A stretch of DNA of 64,000 bases from assembly GCA_013239625.1 (NCBI GenBank), contig MU053557.1, positions 4,308,123 to 4,372,122 on the forward strand, given 5' to 3'. Shown here in pieces: positions 40,065 to 52,873 of this stretch; positions within the stretch are counted from its first letter, which is position 1; every line of letters starts with the position of its first letter. The notes below the pieces were generated by a model, which worked only from the letters and a program-made list of their open reading frames with translations, ran no database searches and had not been told where the DNA came from. The translations under genes and the position numbers were made by a program. The DNA comes from Lama guanicoe. Its lineage: Eukaryota.

Positions 40065-40561
40065 TCCCTTTACCATTGCTGTGTAACAAACACCCCCAAA
40101 ACTTAGTGGCTTAAACAACAATGATTTTATTATTATGTCTCTTGACTGTGAAAGAGGCTCAGCTGGGTGGGTTCTGCTTGGGGCTTGTCATGCATTTACA
40201 GCCAGATGGTGGCTAGGGCTGGGCTAGAATGGCCGGGAGGCTCTGGGCATCTCTCTCCAAGTGGCTTCTCCACCTCATGGCTAGTTTGAGCTGCCTCTTC
40301 TCATGAGGTCTCTTGGTAGTATATATGGCAGAGGTCTTCCCCCAGGGCAAGTAATTCAAGTCTTATGCGGAAGTTGCCAGTCCTCATAAAAACTAGCGCC
40401 CAAAATGCCAGTGTCACTTCTGTTGTATTCATTGTTCACAGCCGTCACAAGTCAGACCAGATTCAAGGAGGTAAAAGAATAAAAGCCATCTTTTGATGGG
40501 GCAATGGCATGTGTATACAGGAGGGAAGGAATCAATGATGGCCATTGGAGATGTCACCACA
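40065..40561 (-). mobile_element. Older MLT1 (MLT1H/I-like) solo LTR
   Basis: attgctgtgtaacaaacacccccaaaacttagtggcttaaacaacaa...ccagattcaaggagg. Confidence 0.8.
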
Positions 40562-42959
40562 GTAGAATAGGACAAATGAAGGGATCGAAGCTAAGAAAGA
40601 AAGTTGTGCAAGATCACAAAGCCAGCAGCAAGTGGCAGAACTAGGATGCAGATCCAGGTTTATCTGACTCCAAAACATCCTGCATTTAAGCACTGTGATA
40701 TTCTTTTACTGCGGCAGGATGAAGCAGTAAGAAAAGTCCTGGGTTCTGCTCCCAGCGCGGCCTCGGACTAGCTCTGTGACATCAGATAAGCCCCTTCCTG
40801 TTTGTGGTCGTCAGGCTACTCCTCTATGCAACGAGAGCTGGGTGGCTTTAGGATTCTGAAGGTCTGAGCGTCTGTATTGCATCCTCTGAGCTGGTGTTTA
40901 CCAGCTGGCTCCTTCACCCACTTTGCACATCAGCATGTCAGCTCCATGGCCAGGCAGGAGCCTCTGTTCTTCCCTTTCCTCTTAGCAACACTCCACTTTG
41001 CTCCCCTGGCTGCTCTGTTTACCTAGCCTTTCCTCCACTTTCCGGTAACCATAAACAGTCAGCAATGCCTTAGGTCTCTCCCTCTCAACAGCCACTCCTG
41101 AGGGCTAGTTTCATTCTTGATAGGGGAATTAACAAAGGCTGAGGCCAACATCTTTTTTTGCCAGACAGGGAACAGCAGGCTTTGCTGCTCTTTGCAGGTA
41201 ACTGGTACGTCACAAGAGTGTTATCAAATGAGAGCCTGTCTAAATGAATGCATGGCCTTGCTGTGTGCAAACTGCCAAACTGTAAGCTAGATGGGAAATC
41301 CATTGAGGACAGGAATTGCAGCTGATTTATTCATCACTGTATCAACAGCATTTTAAAAAGTGTCTGGCCCATAGTGTATAATCAAAACATATTCACTGGT
41401 TGCACCAGTTAATTTTTTTTTTAAATCCCTGACATTTGATTCTGTAAGTTTCCCCTTTATGGTCCAATTCATCCTTAAAATTTTCAGGTTTAACTTTCCT
41501 CCTCTGTCTAGCCTACTCTGTCATTCTGTCACTCTGATTTTTTTTCTTCTCCTTTTTGATCTTTGGGAGTCTAATAATTTTTCCTAGGAACATTCCCTTT
41601 CAACTTAAGCCACTGAAATTTAAGCTTTCCTGCAGGCCTTTTCCTCTTCTGTTTAGTCTCAACTAAAACATAAGAATAAAAAGCTGTAAAAGAGATTGAG
41701 AGTCAGAAGCCTTGGCTTCTCAGCCATTCCTCCCACTGTCCTTGTATTTCTCAACATCCTTCCTCACTGTGGATATCAGTTTCCCCACTGGTACTGTGAG
41801 AGGGTTGGAATATTTTTTAGCAGATATGTTTTTAGCAGTGGAAGATTAGCACAAATCTAATCTCATGCAAAGGCAGGACACAGAATGCAACTACAGGGGG
41901 AGCAGCACTGTTGTGGGGACGCAGGACCTCCCCCCACATCCCTTTGAGGCCCCTCTGCTAAAGCAGGGGCTCTACCGAGCGAGGCAGTTCTTGAGGGCAC
42001 TCCAATTCTGAGGCGGAACGAGTCATAGCCCTGTTAATTCACAGGGCTGTCAAACAGGGCCACATCAGCAGAGATGCACACTCACATACACTCCAAACAG
42101 GAAACAGACCCCAGAAACGGCTTTAGAAAGTTCAGTCTTCTCTCTTAGAGCTTCCTCATTTGTTCAAGTTTTTGCCATCTTCATTTCCTGGTTTCTTCTC
42201 AACTCTTTCCTCTTCCTTCTCCAAAGAAGTTGCTAAGAATTCTAATAATTTCTACTTTAACTTCTTTGCTGTTCTCTATTGCACCTCCCCCTCCCCCCCA
42301 TCTGTATAGTCACAAATTTATTGTAGAGTTCACTAACTTTTGCTTGAATTGCATCTCAATTTCTTCACCCCCCCCAAAAAAAAGATAGTTAAAAGAAAAG
42401 ACTCTTGTGGCCATGATAGTGTATTCTAGAATTCTACGGGCATTACTTATTTTTTTAATTAAGTTGCACTTTTAGTAGTACTCAAAGTAAAAATTCAAAC
42501 AGAACAGATGAGTAAAAAATGAAAGTAAAAGTACAGTGTCCTGCCTTCCTCATATCCCAATCCTTGGTCCCTTATATTAAACAGTTAATTGATTCTGAGT
42601 GTCTTTCCAAAATATGTTTGTGAAAATAGTAACATATGTTATGTATACAAAAAGGTGATATGCATACTGCTCTGGTTTAATGCTTTTCACTTAATATCTT
42701 GGAGAGCTTTATCTATTACATGTATCTATCCATGTATTCTTTTGAACTGCAGCATAAAATCCACTGTTCAGCTACACTAATTTGTTTAGGCTATTTACAC
42801 ATCTCCCTATTGATGTGTATTTGTGTTGTTATGTAGATGCCACATACAATGGTTTGTTTACAAAAATGGGGACGTGTTATCCTGTTGTACAATTAACTTT
42901 CTTACTTCATGATATATTTTGGATATTGTTTCAGATCAGCAGGTACAGAGCTACCTCTT

Positions 42960-43580
42960 TTTTTTAAATAAGAGACTTTATTTTTTAGAGCAGTTTTAGG
43001 TTCACAGCAAAATTAAGAAGAAGGCACAGAGATTTCCTATATGCCCCTGCCCCACACATGCACAGCCTCCCCCCACCAAGGTGGTACATTTGTTAACAGT
43101 TGATGAACCTACATTGACAAATCATCATCACCCAAAATTCAGTTTAGGGTTCACTCCTGGGGTACATTCTAAAGATGTTGACAAATGTAGAATGACATGT
43201 ATCCACCTTTGTCATATCATGTGGAATAGCTTCACTGCTCTAAAAATCCTCTGTGCTCTGCCTTTTCATCCTTCTCTCACCCTTAACCCCTGGAAACCAC
43301 TGATCTTACTGTTTCCATAATTTTGCCTTTTCCAAAATGCTACAGACTTTGAGTCACATGTTATGTACCCTTTTCAGACTGGCTTCTTTCACTTAGTAAT
43401 ATGCATGATGTTTCTTCTATGTCTTTTCATGGCTTAATTGCTCATTTCTTTTTAGTGCTGAATAATATTCCTTTGTCCAAATGTACCACAGTTTATTTAT
43501 CCATTCAACTACTGAAGGACATCTTGATTGCTTTCAAGTTTGGCAGGTATGAATACTGCTGCTACAAATATCTATGTTTG
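42960..43580 (-). mobile_element. L1MC/MB-type 3' end nested within older L1M sequence (about 42440-43920)
   Basis: ttttagagcagttttaggttcacagcaaaatt...gatgaacctacattgac...atgtaccacagtttatttatccattca. Confidence 0.85.
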
Positions 43581-45020
43581 CACAATAATCCATTATGTCA
43601 ATATATCAATTTATTCAGCCATTCTTCTTTTACAAACACTTAGATTATTTCCAATTTAGAGTTTTTTTTTAAAGTATGCCAAACAATACTGCAAAGAATA
43701 TCCTTTACGTATATCCTTTGCATATCTGTATGTATGTATCTCCAAGAGAAATTCCTAGATTCCTAGCAGTGCAATTGCTGAGTCAAAGGGTATGTGCATT
43801 TTCAATTTCAATGGGACAATAACAGTGTCTACCCCAGTCTGGTTCCAACCCCGAGTTTTTGTAAAGCCTTCAATTTTGCCAGTGTGGTCGATAAAAGAAG
43901 GTTTCTCGTTGTTGTTTCTGAATTTCATATATTGATCTACTCACTTCCTTTTCTCTCTCATTGCCCAGATGACCACACCATATGCTCTCACAGCGTGCCA
44001 AACATCCTTCTCCCTGTGTCAACCTGAATTCTATGCTTCCTATCCTGTATGTTCTCAGAGCGATAATCACAATCCCCTATAGGAATGCAGCCCTTTGCCA
44101 GCAGCCAGCCCCACAATTGCACACACATTAGTGCATTTGATCTCACCACCAGTTTGGCGGGAGACAGGAGAGGAGTAAAATCTGCTTTATAAATGTGGAA
44201 CCAAAGACCTGGCATCCAGCAAGGTCCACAGGAGCAGAGCCCTGTCATTCCCCTTGCCAAATCGGTTTCTTTCCTCATCTGCTCCTTTGGCACAGGGCTG
44301 CTGGGCACATCTCTGTAAAACAGCCTCATTTATCCCACCATTGACTACCCCCCACCCCAAATTTTAGCTTTCTATGGCTAAAATTGCCTACTTGCTTCCT
44401 TCCATGATTTCTCTTAAACCTCAACTGCTTGACCTAGCATTCAGGGGCTTTCAAAATACATAGTATAACTCACATCTTACTGTTTCCTTCTCGTAGATCA
44501 GATGTTGTAGCTCTCCTGGAATAGCTGTTATCCTTCAAACACAATTCAAGGTGTCCCAGTTCCAGGTGTAAACACCACGTCTCCTCCATGGTACCCCCTC
44601 CTTCCGTGCCTGACTACCAACATCACACCCATCCTTCAAGCACAGCTCCGTCGACACCAAAGGAAAAAAACTTTTTAAGATTTCTCTTTATCTCCCCCCA
44701 CATAACTAACAAGCCCAGCCCTTTGTTGAACACAGATCTCTTATACCTCTTTTATAGGCTTTAATCACATCCCCTGTCATACCATAATGATCCTTCTTTG
44801 CTATGTTATAGTAAATCTTGGAGGCAGCTAACTGTGTCCCCCTGGGGCTTTCAGCAGGACCTGGAAGTAGTAACTAAGGTGCCCCCATACTCCCGTACAT
44901 GTTTTGTAACATAGCAAAAATGGAAACATTTCATACAATCTGGTATACAATTTGCTTTTACACCTTAATGATAAAGCATGGACAACTTCCTGAGTCTGCA
45001 AGTTTCAACCTACTTCATTC

Positions 45021-45440
45021 TTTTTATTTATTTATTTTCTTTTTTTTCACTTTCTTTAAACTTTTTTTTTATTGAGTTATAGTCATTTTACAATGTTGTG
45101 TCAAATTCCAGTGGAGAGCACAATTTTTCAGTTATACATGAACATACATATATTTTCCTTGTCACATTTTTTTTCACTGTGAGCTGCCACAAGATCTTGT
45201 CTATATTTCCCTGTGCTATACAGTATAATCTTGTTTATCTATTCTGCACATGCCTGTCAGTATCTACAAATTTCAAATTCCTAGTCTGTCCCTTTCCACC
45301 CTCCTCCCCCTTGGCAACCACAAGTTTGTATTCTATGTCAGTAGTCTGTTTCTGTTTTTTTTTTTCTTTTTTTTTTTAGATTCCACATAGAAGCGATCTC
45401 ATACGGTATTTTTCTTTCTCTTTCTGGCTTACTTTACTTA
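45021..45440 (-). mobile_element. 5'-truncated lineage-specific L1 (end of ORF2 plus full 3' UTR)
   Basis: Reverse complement aligns by eye to 4465-4655 and 19969-20249 with moderate divergence; T-rich tail 45021-45070. Confidence 0.92.
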
Positions 45441-45842
45441 TCTGACATTTAAGGAACAAATTTCTAGCAGGACAATTGCTAGGTGAAAGGATATATTCAT
45501 TTTACATTTTAATAAATGCTACCAATTCTCTCCAAACAGCTTGTGACAATTTATTTAGTTTTAAAAAATCCTATTAGTCTCTTGGCTACAGACTCCTTAT
45601 TACCTGGTATTTACCTGCTCTTTTGGAAGTCTTCCCCGTGCCTCCTCCCCAGAGTTTAAGTAGGGAGATAGGGTACTGAATTAGTCCTCTTTTGTCTGTA
45701 AAATTAGGTTCCTAGCTCTATCATGGTATTTATTTCATTACTAACCACCACTGCTAGCCTGTGAGTTTTTTAAATGCAAGGACACTGCCTTGTTTATTTC
45801 TTTATACCCCTCAGCCCCATACTTTAAGGATATCTAAGTAAA

Positions 45843-45866
45843 TGTGTGTGTGTGTATGTGTGTGGG

Positions 45867-45913
<47 letters not shown>
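45843..45913. repeat. Compound (TG)n microsatellite
   Basis: About 22 perfect TG units (45869-45913) preceded by interrupted units. Confidence 0.97.
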
Positions 45914-45921
<8 letters not shown>

Positions 45922-46249
45922 GGGGCCCTGTAGGAGATGAGGAAAGAAGGGAAGAAGGTGGAATAGGAGGCTGCTATGAGTGGAGGAAGGGGCCTGGATG
46001 AAGCCCAGAGGCTCATGGCCAACAACTGCCAACCTCTAACATCCTTTCTGTTTTTAGAAATCATGACCAGGATGCTGGTCCAAAATCTTGCTCATTTGGC
46101 CTTTTCCCCATTACTGATTGGAAAGTGCTGCCTCTTGACTGCAGCCTCCAGCAGTCTGGTAAAACTTAGTTGCGAGACCTTGACAAACAGGGTGTTTCCA
46201 CCTCAGCAGCCTGAACGTGCTGTCCTTTTTGTTGAGTCTGAGTTCTGAG

Positions 46250-46480
46250 TAAGTGGTTCAGAGCTGGGCTTTGGATCAGACAGAGCTGGGTTTGAAGCCA
46301 TTCTGCTCCTCCTTTTACCTAAGCTGGGGCAGACTGCTTACTGTCTTTAAACCTCTGTTTTCTCATCTGTGAAATGGGAATAACTATGCCCAACTCTCTG
46401 TGTTGTGCAGAGATGAGAATACAAGAAGAGAGTAAGTATGCAAGGTGCCACACCTACACAAATAATAAGTAAAAACTAGG
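46250..46480 (+). mobile_element. MIR SINE
   Basis: cagacagagctgggtttgaagcc...ctctgttttctcatctgtgaaatggg. Confidence 0.75.
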
Positions 46481-49400
46481 CCCTCTGTCTTTCAGACCCC
46501 TTAACAACCACCTGATTCATCCTTCCCATTTTACAGATGAGGAAACTCAGGCTCAGGGAGGAGCAGTCACACATTAGGTGTGAGGGCCAGGATGGACTCT
46601 CCTCCTCTGAGCCAGCACACGTTTCACTCCCCAACAGTGATTAGCCTCAGCCTGTCATCTGAACTTCCTCTCCCTGAGCCAGTGAGGTCTTTCCCTCTGG
46701 TACCAGTAGAAGACATAGCTTGGGAGAGAGGCCAGCCCTGCTCCTTTCTGAGTCCCCTGAAGGCATTTGCCTGTCTTCCCCAGCCACATCCATCTTCTCC
46801 CATGATTTCCCCATCAACCCTGCTTCTTGCCTTCCTTTCCTCCAGCACTGCTTGATCCCCACAATTGTTTCACCTCTTCTTTCCTAAAGGGCCCACAGAC
46901 ATGGGGCTCCAGTGCCGGGCAACTTGCAGTTAGGGGGTCTTTAGCCCACAAGGTTGCATACACCATCTCTTGTCCATGGGAGGTTTCCTGAGTGCCATGG
47001 CTAACAGACCTTTCCACGAATCTCTAGGTCTAACATCACTAACTAATGCAGCACTTACTATGTGTCAGGCCAGTTTTAACCAGGTTGCAGATATTAACTC
47101 ATTTGTCCTTCTTAACACCCACCAAGAGGTTATGAGATATTATCAACAGCCTCAATTTACAAGTGAGAAAGTCGAGACAGGGAGATTAAGCAACTTGCTG
47201 AGGGTTTTACAGCTAAGAACTGGAGCGAGGACTTCATACGAAGCAGTTGGCCCCGAAGACACTGCAGAGCGCCTCACAGAGTCAGGTCGTGCCTGGGTTT
47301 TTGTCTAAAACCACGGACTGTTTTTGCTCCTCCCACTCCCTGCTGGTTTCTCTTGGGAGCCCTTCCTTCCTCGATCACTTGCACACAAACCCTCATCTCA
47401 GAGGCAGCTGCTAGGAAACCCAACCTAAGACTTCTTCCAACAATCCACCCCCAAGGCTACCACCATTGGTAGTCTGATGTATATGTAGGATTTTTTTCCC
47501 ATGTCAGATAAACACATTTATTCATTTAAAGGACTGCCCTTAAAGAAACAATTAAAAAGTCGTGAAATTGAAGCTGTGCTAGAAAATCTAGGGTGATGAT
47601 AATGACGATGGTGATAGGATGACAATGATAAACACACTCTTGGAACATTGTGCTTAGTTCCTGAAATGCATTATTTAATTTAGCCATCAAAAGAACCCTC
47701 CAAAAGTACTGCTATTCAAGGAATGCTTCCACTGTAACAACAACCACCAACAGACACATCACCCCAAATCTATTTATCTTCTAATCATTATGGTATTTTA
47801 ACTTACATTTTGCTGTCTAACCAAAACCCCAATCTCAATATGGCTATATCAGAATTCATCACTCCTTCCTGTTCTACAGACAGGCCACTGCTCTTCTCAT
47901 TCCGGCTCGGCAATAGCCCCCACTCCTTTGACTCATACCCCAATCCCCAGCCAATCTAAGTTATGCTGATTTGTCTTGACTTCTGCTGTCTTGTCTCTCA
48001 GTTCTCTCCTCCCCTTTCCAAATCCAGTTTTTCATACATCCTTTCTGTCCCCTTAACAATCACCCAAGGAGTTTTATCTTCATTTTACATACAAACATTC
48101 TGAGGCCCAGAGGTCTCAAGTAGAACACCTGCAGACTTAGCTGGCTAAGGGAAGAATCAGGATTGGAACTAGATTCATTTGGCTCCTGCATCCCATTAGT
48201 GCAAGTCTGGGGCTGAGATATCTTTGGGTGTGATAAAAAATTATTTTAAGCACTTCAGTAACACTACATTAAATAAGTGTACGACTTCGGCGTTATTTGC
48301 ACCCTTTTCAATTTTCTTTCGATGTTTTAAAACAAATGGGGAAAGTCCCATTTAGTGCTAGAATACCATTAATAGCTCCCTGGCACTTGCTAATATTCCT
48401 TTTCAATAAAAATGAAAGCAGGCCTCAAGCTCAGAACTTTGGTGGGCAACAAAATCTAGCTAGAATTCATTAACATTGTTTTGTTTTCATGGTTATCTTC
48501 TATTTACAGCCAATGACATCAGTTTTCCACGTGCAGTAATGGCAGTAACACAAAATTTTCTTTAAAAATAAATGTATTTGAGTTTTAGAAGTATGTCAGT
48601 GTCAAAAACAAGTATTTAGTAAATAATAGCACACCTGCTACTCAGAATGGCGGGAATCACAATAGTGAAATATGCAAAAAAAAAAAAAGGTATTCTATAG
48701 GATATTGACAGTTTTGGCTTGCCAGTTCAGTAACTCTTCAGAGCTGGACCCCACCTCCTCAATGGCCTTCAGTGTGCTTCCTTCAGTTTAGAATAAGAAG
48801 GCTCTTCGATGTCACCTAACCCTACCTCCCATTTCATAGATGAAGATTGAGGGTCTAAGAAAGAAGGTGATTTCTTTACGGTTATGTATAACATTATACA
48901 TGTTCTGGGACCAGAACCTAGGTCTCCTTATCCCCCATCCAAGCTCTCTCCTCTTGCACCAAACTGATGATGACCGGCATTCGCCACTACACAATGTTCA
49001 TACCCACATCTGAAGGAGGCGCCAAGCAATCCCACTGAGATTCAGCAAGGGAATTAAGCCCTGTTCCCTGAGACATCTATTACACTGCATGTAATGACTT
49101 CATTTTTCTCTCATATTCTTAGGAGGGTAATAGCTGTGTACTATCCTTGGGAGAATTGGGAAGAACAGCCACTCAAATATTTTGCTGTAGGGTTTAATTC
49201 TCTTCCAAAAGCTTTACTGACGAAAGCTGCTAGAGTTAGCGCCTTTGGATGACTGATTGTCCTTAGGTTAAGGAGTCCTTCATATGACCAACTGAAGTTC
49301 CTCTTTCTTTAATTTAATGCTATCTCTCTTTGTTCAGGCCCCCTGAGGTGCAGAGAATTTATTAGCATGTCTCTCATAAAATGCTAGCATAGCAGGAAAT

Positions 49401-49541
49401 TAAATTCATCTGGTATAATCAGCCATCCTGAAAGCTTTGCTGGTTGCTCTGCTTACTTTATGGTTGCCAAGGTGATTGTAAATTGATTGTTTGATGACTT
49501 GTTCTAGGATCATTCTAGGTATTAATGCTAAGTTTAGACAT

Positions 49542-50340
49542 TGTCAAACCCAAGTATGACTAGAAAGAGACCTGCCATGATAGTAAAGAAGACTCTAGAC
49601 CCAAGGGAACAGAAATATTAAACCCGAAGAGAAGGCTCAGGAGAGCTCAAAGGGATTCTCCCAAAGGCTTAAGGACAGGCTTGGGGAATAGAGAGGAGAC
49701 TTGTTTTGAGTGGCCTCAAGGGGGCAGACTGAAGATCCATGGATAGAAGCTATAAGAAGGTGGATTTCACTTAAATATCTGGATGGTTGGAGACATAAAC
49801 ACTGCCGAAAGGAACTGGTGAGCTTGCCTACATTACAGATGGCTGTCAAAGAGTCCTCGTGGATTCACTGTGTAAGGAGCTGACTAGACTGTGACGTGCT
49901 TCATTCAAAACCCCCTAACATCCCATCCAGCTATATAACTCAATGATAATGGTCATTTTAAGAATTCCATTCTTCCTTCTAAGGAAACAAGTTTTGTTCC
50001 TTTTAAAATTCTTTTTCACAGAAATTCAAATTAAAAACAAATTACTCCTATGACTGAAACATTATGTTGCACACCAGAAATTGACACACTGTAAACTGAC
50101 TATGTTTCAATTTTTAAAAGAATGGAAAAGAAAGAAAATACAATCGCCTCCATTCCTCATGACTCCCATGGGACTCATGGATGACTCCCTTGTTTACCTG
50201 CTTCTATAAAACCTTTCTTTCCTTTTCTTTGAGATGTTCTTTGTTAATGAATATTCTCCTTACTGAAATAGCCTGAATAAAATCATCTCAATTGTCCAAT
50301 GCAAAAAAAAGGCTCATTATGTTCAAAGTGTCCTTTCACA
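49542..50340 (+). mobile_element. Probable ERV solo LTR carrying a short L1 3'-end insert (about 50049-50135)
   Basis: TG...CA termini, TATA-like ctataaaa (50204-50211), AATAAA (50277-50282); insert tgactgaaacattatgttgcacaccagaaattgacaca is L1 3' UTR. TSD not convincing. Confidence 0.45.
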
Positions 50341-51077
50341 TTATGATGGATAAGACATATGCATTCCATATATACATTTTGACTTAAAAATAAGGTTTCA
50401 GTAATAGCTATCCCTTTTCCAAGGCAGCATGCTAAGCTCTGCATGCATTTAATTTCATTTAACGTAAACTTAATGAGATGATGCTGCATAGAGATAATAT
50501 TTAAGACAGACATGTGAGACTATCATCCAGAAAAAAAAATCTATAGATGTTTCTTTAGAGGATCATAAAGATGGAAGAACTCTTTAAGACTATATCAAGT
50601 AGCTTACTGCCTATGTTTCCTTCTAGAAAACTTCGAAGTCTTTAATACATTTTGAGTTAATTTTTTCGTGTGTGGTCTAAGACAGTGGTCTAGTTTCATT
50701 CTGTTGCATGGGTTGCCCAGTTTTCCCAATGCATTTATTGAAGAGACTGTTCTTTCCCCAAGTGAATATTCTTGCCTCCTTTGTTGTAAATTAATTAACC
50801 ATATATGCACAGGTTTATTTCTGGGTTCTCTATCATGTTCCATTGATCTATGTCTGTTTTGTAACATAGCTTGATTGGTATGGCTTTGTAATATAGTTTG
50901 AAATCAAGGAGCATGATGACTCCAGATTTGTTCTTCTCTCTCAAGACTGCTTTGGCTATTTGGGGTCTTTTGCAGTTTCAAGCAAATTTTAGGATTGTTT
51001 GTTTCATTTCTGTAAAAAAGAAAAATGCTGTTGGAGTTTTGATAGGGATTTCACTGAATCTGTAGATTGCTTTGGGC

Positions 51078-51200
51078 AATATGGATTTTTGTTTATTGAG
51101 GTATAGTCAGTTTACAATATTGTGTCAATTTCTGGTGTACAGCACAATTCTTCAGTCATACATGAATATACATATATTCATTTTCATATTATAATATGGA
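51078..51200 (-). mobile_element. 107-bp L1 3'-terminal insert nested in the host L1, TSD aatatgga
   Basis: TSD 51078-51085 and 51193-51200; insert is antisense L1 tail (tttattgaggtatagtcagtttacaatattgtgtcaatttctggtgtacagc). Confidence 0.88.
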
Positions 51201-52724
51201 CATTTTAATAATATGAATTCTTCCAAATCAAGAGCACAGAATATTTTTCCATTTATTTGTGTCTTCCTGAATTTCTTTCATCAGTGACGTAGTTTTCAGT
51301 GTACAAGTCTTTCACCTCCTCGGTTAAATTTAATCGTAGGTATCTTACTCTTTTTGATACAATTGTGAACAGGATTGTTTTCTTAATTTCTCGTTCTGAT
51401 AGTTTGCTGTTAAGTGTATAGAAATGCAACCAATTTTTACATATTATTTTGTACTCTGCCACTTTACTGAGTTCATTTATTCTAACAGTTTTTTAATGGT
51501 ATATTTAAGGTTTTCTATAAAAAATCATGTTATCCACAAATAGTGACAGTTTTACTTCTTCCCTCCTGATTTGGATACCTTTTATTTCTCTTTCTTGCCT
51601 AATTGCTCTGGCAAGGACTTCCAATATTATGCTGAATAAAAGTAAGGGGAGTGGACATCCTTGTCATGTTCCTAATCTTAGAGGAAAAGCTCTCAGCTTT
51701 TCCCCATGGAGTATGATGTTTTCTGTGAGCTTGTCATATATGGCCTTGATTATGTTGAGGTACATTCCCTCTGTACCCACTTTGCATAAAACTCCTAGAA
51801 GAAAACACAGGTGGCAAGCTACTTGACATTGACCTTGGCAATAAATTTTTGGATCTGACTCCAAAAGCAAAGTCAACAAAAACAAAAGTAAACAAGTGGG
51901 ACTACGTCAAAGTAAAAAGATTCTGCATAGCAAAGGAAACCATCAACAAGATGAAAAGACAACCTACTGAATGGGAGAAAATTTTTGCAAATCATATATC
52001 TGATAAGGGGTTAATACCCAAAATATATAAAGAATTCATGTAATAACCAAACAATCCAATTTTAAAAATGATCAGAGGATCAAAATAGACATTTCTCCAA
52101 AGACTTACAGATGGCCAACAGACACATGAAAAGATGCTCAACATCACTAATCATCAGAGAAATACAAATCAAAACCACAATGAGATATCATCTTACATCT
52201 GTCAGAATGACTATTATCAAAAAGACAAGAAATAACAAGTGTTGGTGAGGATGTGGAGAAAAGGGAATCCTCATGCACTCTTGGAGGGAATGTAAATTGG
52301 TGCAGCCACTATGGAAAACACTACAGAGGTTCAGTTCCTCAAAAATTAAAAATACAACTACCATATGATTCAGCTATTCCACTTCTGGATATTTTTTTTT
52401 TGTTATTCCACTTCTGGATATTTATTTGAAGAAAATAAAAACACTAATTCGAAAAGATACGTGCACCCCCATATTCACTGCAGTATTATTTACAATAGCC
52501 AAGATAAGGAAGCAACCTAAGTGTACAGTGATGAATGAATGGATAAAGAAGGTGTTGCATATATCCATATTCATGTATCTGTATATATAAATGGAATACC
52601 ATGCCACCATAAAAAAGAATGAAATCTTGCCACTTGCGACAATAGGGATAGGCCTTAATGGAATTATGCCAAGTGAAAGAAGTCAGATAGAGAAAGACTA
52701 TGATTTCACTAACATGTGAAATCT

Positions 52725-52873
52725 AAAAAACAATACAAATGAGTGTGTATATGTCCATGAATGACTGAAAAATTGTGCTGAACACTGGAATTTGACACAA
52801 CATTGTAAAATGATTATAAATCAATAAAAAAGTTAAATAAATAAATAAATAAAATAAAAAACAATACAAATGA
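52725..52873 (+). mobile_element. 113-bp young L1 3'-terminal insert nested in the host L1 3' UTR, 18-bp TSD aaaaaacaatacaaatga
   Basis: TSD 52725-52742 and 52856-52873; insert nearly identical to 20147-20235. Confidence 0.93.

Noticed and set aside
45811..46064. His-Thr repeat ORFs
   Set aside because: Translation of the (CA)n microsatellite.
48200..48700. AT-rich block resembling an old DNA transposon
   Set aside because: Could not identify termini or family with confidence.
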